Below, piece after piece: positions 9,701-18,007 of a DNA stretch of 38,750 nt. Under the pieces are notes generated by a model. That model saw nothing but the letters and a program-made list of their open reading frames with translations, made no database searches and had not been told where the DNA came from. Position numbers and translations under genes: made by a program. This stretch comes from an uncultured bacterium (GTDB lineage Bacteria; Latescibacterota; UBA2968): assembly GCA_964471275.1 (NCBI GenBank), contig CAYYGZ010000009.1, forward strand, positions 1-38,750, written 5' to 3'. Positions within the stretch are counted from its first letter, which is position 1. The number at the start of each line of letters is the position of its first letter.

Positions 9701-10609
9701 CTGACTCAGAAGCTGGAGCAGCACGATACGCCGGCCGAGCTAGACGCCTGGCAGGAAGCAGCTCAGGAATGGGATTGCGAGGTGACCACGTGGGATTTCG
9801 GTGAACTGCCCGAGCAGGTTGAGGTGACTCGGGTGGGGGGTGTACCGATCTATGGTTGGCCGTGTCTGGTCCGGGAGAATACGCAGGTCTTCCTCCGGCT
9901 CTGCAAGAGCCGACCCGAGGCTGAAGCACGCTCACGCGATGGATTCTACGGCATCTGTGCGCTCGCACTCAGCGACGAGATGACCTGGCTGAAACGCGAG
10001 CTCAAGGATCTTGCGAGATTCAAGGATCTACACAAGGTGAGCCCCCAGGAGTTGCGGCAGCAAGCCTTGGTGCATCTCGAGCAGTATCTCTTCCGACGCG
10101 AGAAGATTCTACCGCTTCGCAAGCGGGATTACGAGGAGGCGATCAAGCTTGCTCAGACTCAGTTGTTCGGACTTGCGCCGCGTTTTATGTCACAGATCGA
10201 CGGGCTGTTCAAGGCCCGAAGCGATATCCTGCTTTCCGGCCTTACCTATGGTGAGTTGGATCAGGATCTCAATCGTCTATTGCCGGATGACTTCCTGGTT
10301 CACGTTCCCTACGAACAGCTTGACCACCTGCACCGCTATCTGAAGACGGTCCGGCTGCGTGCTGAACGGGCCAAAACCGACCCACGGAAGGACGCACAGA
10401 AAGCAGAGCTTGTCCGTGTGTATCAGCGGCAGTTCGAGCAACTCGCGTCGGAAGACAGTTCACCAGAACGGGTCGTTTCGATCGGAGAATTACGGTGGAT
10501 GCTGGAGGAGTATCGTGTTTCGGTCTTTGCCCAGGAGCTGGGCACGGCCCAGCCGATCTCATCCAAGCGTCTGGACAAGAAGATCGACCTGATCCGGAAA
10601 ACCCGGTGA
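6701..10609 (+). CDS. hrpA: ATP-dependent RNA helicase HrpA (DEAH-box)
   Basis: GETGSGKST, TQPRRVAA, DEAHERSLNIDF, SAT, TNIAETSLTI, QREGRCGR and C-terminal LRWMLEEYRVSVFAQELGT..PIS.KRL; 1302 aa. Confidence 0.95.
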   Translation: MTTSPPKPCPISELKALLPQCMLQDRVRIQRRLKRRRRLDAKEIERYLKQARNSARVLEKRRKHRPLPTYPPDLPITDRKDEILAAIKANPVVIIAGETGSGKSTQLPKICLEAGMGQDARIGVTQPRRVAALSIARRIAEELDVTYGRDIGSKIRFRDQTAPETCIKVMTDGMLLAETQTDADLLEYDTIIVDEAHERSLNIDFLLGYLRLLRRKRPELKVVITSATIDTETFSKAFDGAPIIEVSGRMFPVEVRYWPLDELMQDRGDYTYIDATIDAAAKILEESQQGDLLVFMPSERDIRETRERLEGRKLRGVEILPLFGRLAASEQQRIFSPGDNRRVVVATNIAETSLTIPRIRYVIDAGLARLSRYNPRTHTQRLPIEAISQSSARQREGRCGRVSDGICVRLYSEQDFLSRPEYTQPEIQRANLAEVILRMINLNLGEIEAFPFIDPPSKQAIAGGLQLLRVLNALDDDRKLTRTGRDMARLPIDPTVSRMLLQAREEHALTEVLVIASAISVQDPRERPLEKQAEADQMHRQFHDINSDFLAYLKIWRAYHNQMENSSQNQLRKFCRAHYLSYMRMREWRDIHAQIKESLREIKGFRFNNEPAAYDAIHRSVITGLLSSVAKKTEGNIYQAARNREVMLFPGSGLFQRDRNRRKEGPEGDGRNKDKTPGWIVAAEMVETSRLFARTVARVQPEWIEALGSHLYRASYDQPYFNARSGRVLVREKLNFFGLELLTRRIPYNRIDADGATEIFIREALVPGAVRTSHGFLERNARLCQKLETWQSRTNSARAAGVDVEQAACKFYAERLVGVSSLHDLNRFLKDKPDGYLLMEEEDLLGASCSAFDEEAFPDAFDFDGKELALRYAYRPGQDEDGLTLAVPYKLIQAVDPEVLEWLVPGLLQEKVTFLLRSLPKSIRKELVPIPDKAKAIASELKRTHPTFLESLQDHVYQRYRVPIRSSDWNIEDLPEHLRMRIEVQGTDERPLAAGRDLRQLTQKLEQHDTPAELDAWQEAAQEWDCEVTTWDFGELPEQVEVTRVGGVPIYGWPCLVRENTQVFLRLCKSRPEAEARSRDGFYGICALALSDEMTWLKRELKDLARFKDLHKVSPQELRQQALVHLEQYLFRREKILPLRKRDYEEAIKLAQTQLFGLAPRFMSQIDGLFKARSDILLSGLTYGELDQDLNRLLPDDFLVHVPYEQLDHLHRYLKTVRLRAERAKTDPRKDAQKAELVRVYQRQFEQLASEDSSPERVVSIGELRWMLEEYRVSVFAQELGTAQPISSKRLDKKIDLIRKTR

Positions 10610-10967
10610 TCAACCTAGGTCACCCAGCAGGTTCATTCACTCAGCCATCCTGATACGTCGAACTCCCACCAAGCCCCCCCTCACTAATTATCAGGACTTC
10701 CATCGCTCCTTCCGCCAATTCGTGCTTCACAGATCTACCCGATCTGCTCTCTTGGCAGCTAACCCCCGTGCCACACTACGTTTCGGGTATTTCCGCAGAG
10801 CCGCGATTTGTCATTCAGACCTATGAATGCTTGTGGCAAAGATTTCGGGTGCGCATACTCTACGTGTCAAATTAGCAGGTTTGTTCGCGAGTTTCTGATA
10901 CTGAGGGATACCAGGGGGTTGGATGTATATGAACGTGAAGGGGCGTCCGGGCGAGGCGTGGGAGAAG

Positions 10968-11804
10968 ATGATGCGTGGGACGCGGGAGGTTTCGCGATTG
11001 GTGGCGTGGGTCACGCTTGTCTGGACGGCAGCCGTGGGCCCGGCGGCATCGGAGGGAACGACACTTCGACTGGCGACAACAACAAGTACATATGAGACAG
11101 GGCTGCTCGATCACATTCTGCCCCTCTTCGAGAAGAATCGCCACGCGACTGTTCACGTTATTTCGGTAGGCACGGGCAAGGCGCTTGAGATCGCTCGTGG
11201 TGGAGATGTCGACGCAATACTTGTCCACGCTCGGGAAGCTGAAGACCGGTTTGTTGCGCAGGGGTACGGTGTCAATCGACGTGACGTGATGGTGAACGAC
11301 TTCCTCATCCTGGGACCCGAATCGGATCCCGCCCAGATCCGAGCGACAGAGGATGCGGGTCAGGCGTTGGCGAAGATCAGCGCGGGCGCCCACACGTTCG
11401 TGTCTCGAGGCGACGATTCAGGCACACACAAGAAGGAACGTGCACTGTGGGAGGCAACTGGCACGACGCCGAAGGGGTCGTGGTATCTGGAAGCAGGACA
11501 GGGGATGAGCGCCACCTTGCGCGTGGCGGACGAGAAGGATGCGTATGTGCTCGTCGACCGTGCTACTTATCTGTTTCACCGTGCCAGCTTGAGACTGCAG
11601 AAGGCGGTCGAGAATGATCCGCGTCTTCTGAACCCATATGGTGTCATCGCGGTGAGCCCGTATCGCTATCCTCACGCGCGGTATGGTCTCGCCATGTCAT
11701 TGATCGGCTGGCTGACGAGTCCCCAGTGCCAGGCCATGATCGGTGCGTTTCGCAAAGACGGTCATCAACTCTTCCATCCTAGTGCCGCCGGGCCGGCGGA
11801 GTAA
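10968..11804 (+). CDS. tupA: Tungstate ABC transporter substrate-binding protein
   Basis: Signal peptide, LRLATTTS (TupA TTTS signature), GTGKAL, FVSRGDDSGTH and NPYGVI. Start placed at ATG10968 after GGGAG. Confidence 0.9.
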   Translation: MMRGTREVSRLVAWVTLVWTAAVGPAASEGTTLRLATTTSTYETGLLDHILPLFEKNRHATVHVISVGTGKALEIARGGDVDAILVHAREAEDRFVAQGYGVNRRDVMVNDFLILGPESDPAQIRATEDAGQALAKISAGAHTFVSRGDDSGTHKKERALWEATGTTPKGSWYLEAGQGMSATLRVADEKDAYVLVDRATYLFHRASLRLQKAVENDPRLLNPYGVIAVSPYRYPHARYGLAMSLIGWLTSPQCQAMIGAFRKDGHQLFHPSAAGPAE

Positions 11805-11831
11805 CCGATCGTGTCATCCGGGAACGAGCAT

Positions 11832-12524
11832 ATGGGGTATCTTGGAGAGGGGCTGGCACAGGCTCTCCGTCTGATTCTGGCCTTTGACCGGGAGTTCGCG
11901 GCCATCGTGGCCGTGTCTCTCGAGGTGGCGTTTACGTCTACTGCACTGGCAACGACCGCGGCCGTACCTGTGGGCATCGCCCTCGCCGAGAGCCGCTTCC
12001 GTGGCCGACAGGCGATCATCACGCTCCTCAATACGCTCATGTCCTTGCCCACCGTTCTGGTCGGGCTCCTGGTCTTTTCCTTCGTCTCACGCCGGGGTCC
12101 TCTCGGGGATCTGGGTTTGCTGTACACCCAGTCTGCCATGGTGGCCGGGCAGGCGATGCTGGCCTTCCCGATCGTCGCCGGACTGGTGTTGGCCTCAGTG
12201 GTCAGCCTGGACCGGCGTGTCCGCGCGACAGCCGAATCGCTCGGTGCTGACGGGAGGCAGAGCTTCCGTCTTCTGCTGCGGGAAGCGCGCTTCGGGATTC
12301 TCTCTGCAGTCGTGGCCGGTTTTGGACGCGTGTTCGCCGAAGTGGGAGTTTCCATGATGCTCGGCGGGAACATCCGAGGATACACGCGAAATATCACCAC
12401 GGCCATCGCACTGGAGACGAGCAAGGGAGATTTTGCTCTGGGAATTGCGCTCGGGCTGGTTCTGCTGGTTATGGCATTGGGTGTGAATGTGGCCCTTGGG
12501 CTGCTGCGGCGGCGAGAGGCCTGA
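11832..12524 (+). CDS. tupB: Tungstate ABC transporter permease
   Basis: Hydrophobic protein with LMSLPTVLVGL, RRGPLG and EVGVSMMLGGNIRGYTRNITTAIALETSKG. Confidence 0.9.
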   Translation: MGYLGEGLAQALRLILAFDREFAAIVAVSLEVAFTSTALATTAAVPVGIALAESRFRGRQAIITLLNTLMSLPTVLVGLLVFSFVSRRGPLGDLGLLYTQSAMVAGQAMLAFPIVAGLVLASVVSLDRRVRATAESLGADGRQSFRLLLREARFGILSAVVAGFGRVFAEVGVSMMLGGNIRGYTRNITTAIALETSKGDFALGIALGLVLLVMALGVNVALGLLRRREA

Positions 12525-12525
12525 A

Positions 12526-13533
12526 GTGTACGATCTGAATCAGATCACGTGCTCAAGGGACCAGTTCACTCTGCAGGTCGACCACTGCAGGCTGGAACGT
12601 GGTGTGACCTACGCGATTGTGGGGCCCAACAGCTCGGGCAAGACAACTTTCCTGGATCTGCTGGCACTACAGCGACCCTCGTCTGAAGGACGGCTTCGGT
12701 TCAACGGTCAAGCCGTGGACTGGGACAACCGGCGGACCCTTTTGGGTCAGCGCCGGCGTATCGCTTACCTGATGCAGAATCCCTATCTGTTCAGCACAAG
12801 TGTCGCTGGAAATATCGCCTACGGGCTCGAACTGCGTGGTCTCGATAGGCAGGAAATCGGTGACCGTGTGGACGCCATCGCTCAACGGCTGTCACTGGAA
12901 GATCTCCTCACCCGAAGTTCACACCGACTCTCGGGAGGCGAAGCCCAGCGTGTTGCATTGGCGCGAACTCTGGTGTTGGATGCGGATGTCTATCTGCTGG
13001 ACGAGCCGACGAACAACGTGGATCGCCAGCACGTCCATCTGGTTGAGGATGTCATCCGAGAACTTAGCGCCGAGCGTGAAGTAACGGTGGCTCTTACGAC
13101 ACACGCTCACGAGCAGGCATATCGTCTATCTACCCATCACATCACGATCATAGATGGCAGGCTCAGCGACGTCGCCTATGAGAATGTGCTTGCCGGCACT
13201 CTCCGAGAGGAGACCGACGGCGTCAGGATCGTTTCCCTGACCGATGGCGGGGCGGAGTTTCTGGTATCAGAGGGCGCTGTTGGCCCGGTGACGCTCGCGA
13301 TCGATCCCCAGAACCTGATCCTGTCCGCCTCGCATCTGGAGTCGAGTGCACTCAACAGCTTTGAGGGAACGGTGACTCGGGCGGAGGCACAAGGAGACTC
13401 GCTTCGGGTTTTTTTGGATGTCGGCGTACCATTGTGTGCTCTGGTTACGTCACGGTCTTTCGAAGGAATGGGTCTCAATGTCGGCCGTCGCGTGTGGGTG
13501 ACGTTCAAGGCCACATCGGTCCGGGTTCTGTAG
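12526..13533 (+). CDS. tupC: Tungstate ABC transporter ATPase with C-terminal TOBE domain
   Basis: GPNSSGKTT, LSGGEAQR, LLDEP, SSALNSFEG and GRRVWVTFKATSV (TOBE). GTG start 1 nt after the tupB stop. Confidence 0.88.
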   Translation: MYDLNQITCSRDQFTLQVDHCRLERGVTYAIVGPNSSGKTTFLDLLALQRPSSEGRLRFNGQAVDWDNRRTLLGQRRRIAYLMQNPYLFSTSVAGNIAYGLELRGLDRQEIGDRVDAIAQRLSLEDLLTRSSHRLSGGEAQRVALARTLVLDADVYLLDEPTNNVDRQHVHLVEDVIRELSAEREVTVALTTHAHEQAYRLSTHHITIIDGRLSDVAYENVLAGTLREETDGVRIVSLTDGGAEFLVSEGAVGPVTLAIDPQNLILSASHLESSALNSFEGTVTRAEAQGDSLRVFLDVGVPLCALVTSRSFEGMGLNVGRRVWVTFKATSVRVL

Positions 13534-13596
13534 CGCGATAGCTGTGACTCTCTCGACAGGATCCCAGCCAGGTGAATCGAGAGTTGGTTTCTGTAT

Positions 13597-13651
13597 GTCA
13601 ACGGTCGTTGACGATGTGGACTGTTCGCATACATTATCAATCAACGTTGAC
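13597..13651 (+). promoter_or_regulatory. Sigma70-like promoter with two RTCAAY-N4-GTTGAC palindromes (candidate MarR operators)
   Basis: GTCAAC-ggtc-GTTGAC (13597-13612) and ATCAAT-caac-GTTGAC (13636-13651); TTGACG (13608), 16-bp spacer, TACATT (13630). Confidence 0.6.
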
Positions 13652-13672
13652 GAAATGTATTGTGGGGCTCGA

Positions 13673-14122
13673 ATGACTGACTCTGACGACTTCCTGAATC
13701 ACAACATCAATCGTCTGATGCGAGACAAGACCGAGTGGTTCGGTGAGTGTATCAAGCGACGTTTGCCCAAACCATCTCAGTCCAAGTTCACGGATGCGGA
13801 GGCACTGATCTTCGCCACCATGCGGGGTAGGGAGCTGACCGTCTCAGAAATCGCTCGTCTGCGGGGTGTGAGCAGGCAGGCGATCCACCGCACAGTTTCC
13901 GGTCTGGTCGAACGGGGTTACCTGCAGCTCAAACCCGTTGACGGAAGCCGACGAGACAAGGCTGTGCTGATTACGTCGGCGGGTCATCGGGAACGGAAGA
14001 AGATCGGCGATGTCCTACGGGAGGTCGAGAAGGAGATCGCACAGAAGATCGGGAAGGAACGTCTGGAGATTTTGAGGGATATCCTTGCGGCGGATTGGAC
14101 AATCAAGGGAGATGAGAGGTGA
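13673..14122 (+). CDS. MarR-family winged-helix transcriptional regulator
   Basis: LTVSEIARLRGVSRQAIHRTVSGLVERGYL...SRRDKAVLITSAG. ATG13673 preferred over the longer ORF start. Confidence 0.88.
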   Translation: MTDSDDFLNHNINRLMRDKTEWFGECIKRRLPKPSQSKFTDAEALIFATMRGRELTVSEIARLRGVSRQAIHRTVSGLVERGYLQLKPVDGSRRDKAVLITSAGHRERKKIGDVLREVEKEIAQKIGKERLEILRDILAADWTIKGDER

Positions 14123-14148
14123 GAGGTGAGAGATGAGAGATGAGAGAT
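14109..14148 (+). repeat. Heptamer tandem repeat (RTGAGAG) x5
   Basis: ATGAGAG GTGAGAG GTGAGAG ATGAGAG ATGAGAG spans the MarR stop and the GH3 start. Confidence 0.8.
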
Positions 14149-16290
14149 TGGCTCTGGGAAGAGCACCGGACCACCGGAGCGCCACTGTCCTGATATTGGC
14201 CGCTTTGACGATTGTGTTTGTTGCGAGTGACCGTCTTGTGGCCGAGCAGCCGGTAATCGGTGCACGAGCTGTCGGAACACTCTTGGTGGACGACAATGTA
14301 TACAAAGACCTGAACAAGAACGGCAGACTTGATACCTACGAGGATTGGCGTCAGCCTGTCACCAAGCGGATCGAAGACCTGGTGTCGCAGATGACGCCGG
14401 AAGAAAAAGCTGGCATGCTGTTGATCAATACCCTGAACGCAGATGTGGGAGGTGTGCTGCCCGATCGAGCACCTCTGTATATCGAAGTTGAGAGGATGAC
14501 GCGTTTCGTGTTTCGGAATACCGTGACAGGATCACCCAAGGCCCCAAGCGGCGGAGGGTACCGCGGCGTCGATGTGACACCCTACGAAGCAGCACAGTTT
14601 ATGAACGCCATTCAGGAGGTTGCGGAGTCGACACGTCTCGGCATACCGGCTTTGTTCAAATCGAACGCGAGGAATCACTTTACACACGACGCACGGGCGG
14701 GGATCAATGTTGCGGCAGGTTCGTTCTCTGCATGGCCGAAAGAAGCAGGACTTGCAGCTACACGTGACATGGATCTCGTCGCCGACTTCGCGAGGACAAT
14801 GGCGAAGGAATGGACCGCGATCGGGCTGCGAGGGATGTACGGCTACATGGCCGATCTTGCTACGGAGCCCCGTTGGTATCGGATTCATGAGACGTTTACC
14901 GAAGATGCTGATCTGGCAGCAGAAATCGTGTCGACTCTCGTCAGGAACCTGCAAGGCGAGGCCCTTGGACCCGGCAAGGTCGCGTTGACCATGAAACACT
15001 TCCCGGGAGGCGGGCCGCAGGAAGGCGGTGCGGACCCCCACTACGAATTTGGTAAGCACCAGGCCTACCCTTCGAAGGGCTTCACTTATCATTTGAAGCC
15101 CTTCAAAGCAGCCATCGACGCCGGTGTTTCTTCCCTGATGCCGTATTACGGAATTCCCGTGGGGCAGAAGTATGAGCCGAATAACGTGGGGATGGCCTTC
15201 TCGAAAGGGATCCTTACCGATCTGCTCCGTGGCGAGCTCGACTACAAGGGATATATCAATTCAGACACGGGAATCATCGGGAGCCGCGCCTGGGGGCTGG
15301 AAAGCAAGAGTATCGATGAGCAGATTGTGATCGCCATCGAAGCGGGGACGGATGTGCTGTCCGGTTTCGACAAGAACAAGCAGATCCTCGGCCTTGTAGA
15401 GTCTGGCGCTCTATCAGAGAAGCGGCTTGATCTTTCCGTGGGGCGGCTCCTTCGTGAGCAGTTCGCGCTGGGGCTGTTCGAGAATCCGTATGTCGACGCT
15501 GATCGAGCAGGCTACCTTATCGGAAACCGATCGTTCCAGAGAAAGGCGGAAGAGGCGCAGCGGAAGTCGATTGTCGTTCTCAAAAAAGAGGAGGTTCTGC
15601 CGATTCGAATGCCCAAAGCCTTGTCGCCTGCACAACCTTTCGCGCCACAGCGGGTTCCGAATGATCGGGAAGAATCGGACATCGTTCGTCTGTATACGAT
15701 GGGTATGAATGCTGCGATTCTGGGTGACGTGCGTTGGAACGGATATGTCGTTATGTCTGGTGATTTCGATCCAGAGAAGGGAGAGTCTCGGCCGACCGTA
15801 CCCGAGGGCACTGATTACGCCATCCTACGCGTCAACGTCACCAACGAGGGTGCCCGTGGTGATCTCTTCTTCGGAGGGGCCAATCCAGATGAGCTCGACA
15901 TTCTTGCGTTCTCTGACATGGCGGAGGCGGAATCGTGGAAGATCACGCCTTCACTCGCAGATATTCAGGCTGTCATGAGTGAGGTGGGCGCAGAGAAGAC
16001 GATTCTCTCGATCTACTTCAGGCAACCGTTTGTTCTGGACGAGAAGAGTGGTCTGCTGGGCGCGGGCGGGATCCTGGCGACTTTTGGTGTGGGCGATGCT
16101 GCGATTCTCGATGTCCTGANNNNNNNNNNTGTGAGTCGACGCTGGGCAACTCTGGTCCAAGAATCCATCGGGGAAACTGCCGTTTGCGTTGGCGAATCGT
16201 GCAGAAGCGATCACGACACAGGATTCTGATGCGCCGGGCTACGACAAGGAAGATACGCTATTCCCGTTTGGTCACGGGTTGAGCTATTGA
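14133..16290 (+). CDS. Secreted glycoside hydrolase family 3 (beta-glucosidase-like); spans an assembly gap
   Basis: YKDLNKNGRLD.YEDWR, RLGIP, EPRWYR..ETF.ED, MKHFPGGGP, MPYY and INSD. After the gap another frame gives PSGKLPFAL...LFPFGHGLSY* ending at 16290. Confidence 0.9.
16120..16129. other. Assembly gap (10 N)
   Basis: Run of N inside the GH3 gene. Confidence 0.99.
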
Positions 16291-16342
16291 GGCTGTGAGT
16301 AGTGAGTAGGCGAGGCAGCAGGATCGGAGACCGGAGAGCAAG

Positions 16343-16423
16343 ATGAGACAGAGCAGCCGGAGGGATTTCATCAGAACCGTGGGGCTGGGCGCCGCTGCCA
16401 GCTCTGCCGGGTCAGATCTGTAG
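16343..16423 (+). pseudogene. Orphan twin-arginine (Tat) signal peptide fragment
   Basis: MRQSSRRDFIRTVGLGAAASSAGSDL* contains S-R-R-x-F-I and has a GGAG RBS, but stops after 26 codons. Confidence 0.65.
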
Positions 16424-16788
16424 GCGTTTCAGGGAACCCGCTTGTCGTTTTTGTGATCATCAACCTGCTTCTTCTGTTTGTCGGGACGTTCATGGACATG
16501 ACACCTGCCGTCCTGATCGTTACCCCGATATTCCTGCCCGTCGTTATTGGTCTGGATATGCATCCCGTTCACTTCGGGATCCTGATGATCGCCAACCTCT
16601 GTATTGGTCTCTGTACGCCGTCGGTCGGCACGTGCCTGTTCCTGGGATGCGGTGTTGGCGGGATCAGTATTGCCGAGGTGACGCGCACCGTGATCCCGTT
16701 CTTTGTTGCCGTGTTCGTGGCTCTGATGCTGATCACCTATTGGCCGGCCCTGACGATGATCCTACCGACTGCGTTGGGATTGGTATAG
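16423..16788 (+). pseudogene. C-terminal fragment of a TRAP transporter large permease (DctM)
   Basis: GVSGNPLVVFVIINLLLLFVGTFMDMTPAVLI.TPIFLP...HPVHFGI...IGLCTPSVG..LF...ITYWP; only about the last 120 aa of the permease. Confidence 0.8.
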
Positions 16789-16832
16789 CGTACAGATACT
16801 ACTCAATCGAACGTCCATTCGTGAAATGGTGA

Positions 16833-16976
16833 TTGCGACAAAGCAGCCAAAAATATAGCTTTAGAGCTAAATCGAGCGGGATGTGTGATTGAGCGGTTTT
16901 TGGGAAGCAGTCACACTCGATGTTCGAGCCAGCAACCGATTCGGGCGGCCGATCGTGTGTCGAGCCCGATTTTTTT
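16833..16976 (+). promoter_or_regulatory. cysC promoter and structured leader with terminator-like hairpin
   Basis: TTGCGA, 17-bp spacer, TAGCTT; stem GTGTGATTG/CAGTCACAC; hairpin TCGGGC...GCCCGA followed by T7, about 25 nt before the start codon. Confidence 0.45.
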
Positions 16977-17001
16977 CTTGCTTTGGTCTAAGGAGGCAGG
17001 T

Positions 17002-17610
17002 GTGGCAGAAGTAAAAGCAACAAATGTCGTCTGGCACGAAGGGCACGTTGGAAGAGACAAGCGCGAGAGCCTGCTCCATCAGCAAGGCTGCTTGATCTGG
17101 TTGACCGGTCTGCCCAGCTCAGGTAAGAGCACGATCGCCTTTACTGCAGAGCATATTCTAGTGGAGCAGGGCAGGCTTGCTTACGTTCTCGATGGTGACA
17201 ATGTCCGTCACGGCCTGACCAAGAATCTGGGCTTTTCGGCGGAGGATCGCGCTGAGAACATTCGCCGTATCGGTGAGGTCGGTAAGCTGTTCACGGATGC
17301 GGGCGTCGTCACATTTACGAGTTTTGTGAGTCCCTACCGGGAAGATCGTGACGCCGTTCGTGCCCTGATGGGCGGAGACGATTTCATAGAGGTGTTTATA
17401 GATACGCCTGTCGTGTTGTGTGAGGAGCGTGATCCAAAGGGGCTATACGCGAAAGCCAGAACAGGTGAGATCCCGAACTTTACAGGAGTTTCGGATCCGT
17501 ATGAAGCTCCCGAGAAGGCCGAGCTTATGATCAAGACGGCCGAATGCACACCCGAAGAGGCTGCCGGCAAGATCATCGCGCATCTCAAGAAGATGGGGAA
17601 ACTGAGCTAG
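17002..17610 (+). CDS. cysC: Adenylyl-sulfate (APS) kinase
   Basis: AGGAGG RBS with GTG start; NVVWH, WLTGLPSSGKST, LDGDNVRHGL, ENIRRIGEV, RDPKGLY and FTGVSDPYEAP. Confidence 0.95.
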   Translation: MAEVKATNVVWHEGHVGRDKRESLLHQQGCLIWLTGLPSSGKSTIAFTAEHILVEQGRLAYVLDGDNVRHGLTKNLGFSAEDRAENIRRIGEVGKLFTDAGVVTFTSFVSPYREDRDAVRALMGGDDFIEVFIDTPVVLCEERDPKGLYAKARTGEIPNFTGVSDPYEAPEKAELMIKTAECTPEEAAGKIIAHLKKMGKLS

Positions 17611-17972
17611 CAAATCGGGATTGCTGAGGCAAGACCCAGACCTCGGTTGCCCAGATCCGCGTTATCCTTTCCGATTGCTTGGTCTGAGGAACAGAGGCGC
17701 TGTACATAGCCGGAAGCGATAATCTTGCCCTTACGCGGGCTGTGTTGTGCAATCCGTGAGGACAGTAGCGACCGAACTGTGTAACAACTGCGGTAGTGGG
17801 AGCACAGACATACGCCGGGCGCCCGTGTCATTGGCACGAGGCGCCTCTTCTGTTCGGGCCCGCCCGGCCGGGCAGTCTGAGCTTTACACCTCGCTCGCAT
17901 TGCGTATCATCCTTGCGTTCGAAGCAGTGATGTGAACTGGGTGCACCAGCTTGTGGATTCGGATTTCGTTTG

Positions 17973-18006
17973 AGGCGGGTGTCATCTATCGATGCACCCG
18001 CCTTTT
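17973..18006. terminator. Intrinsic terminator-like hairpin between convergent transcription units
   Basis: AGGCGGGTG.CATC...GATGCACCCGCCT followed by TTT, immediately after the DUF72 stop. Confidence 0.6.
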
Positions 18007-18007
18007 G

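Noticed and set aside
10610..10967. ModE/TunR operator or Moco/Tuco riboswitch upstream of tupA
   Set aside because: No matching palindrome or consensus could be recognised by eye.
16111..16290. GH3 pseudogene or aberrant C-terminus ending at 16229
   Set aside because: Gap artefact; the canonical GKLPF...FPFGHGLSY end is present in another frame.
16868..16976. Canonical SAM-I riboswitch
   Set aside because: Only ATCGAG, GATG and CAGCAACC fragments are present; the GAGGGA-TGG pseudoknot and GGTGC elements are missing. Kept only as an unclassified leader.
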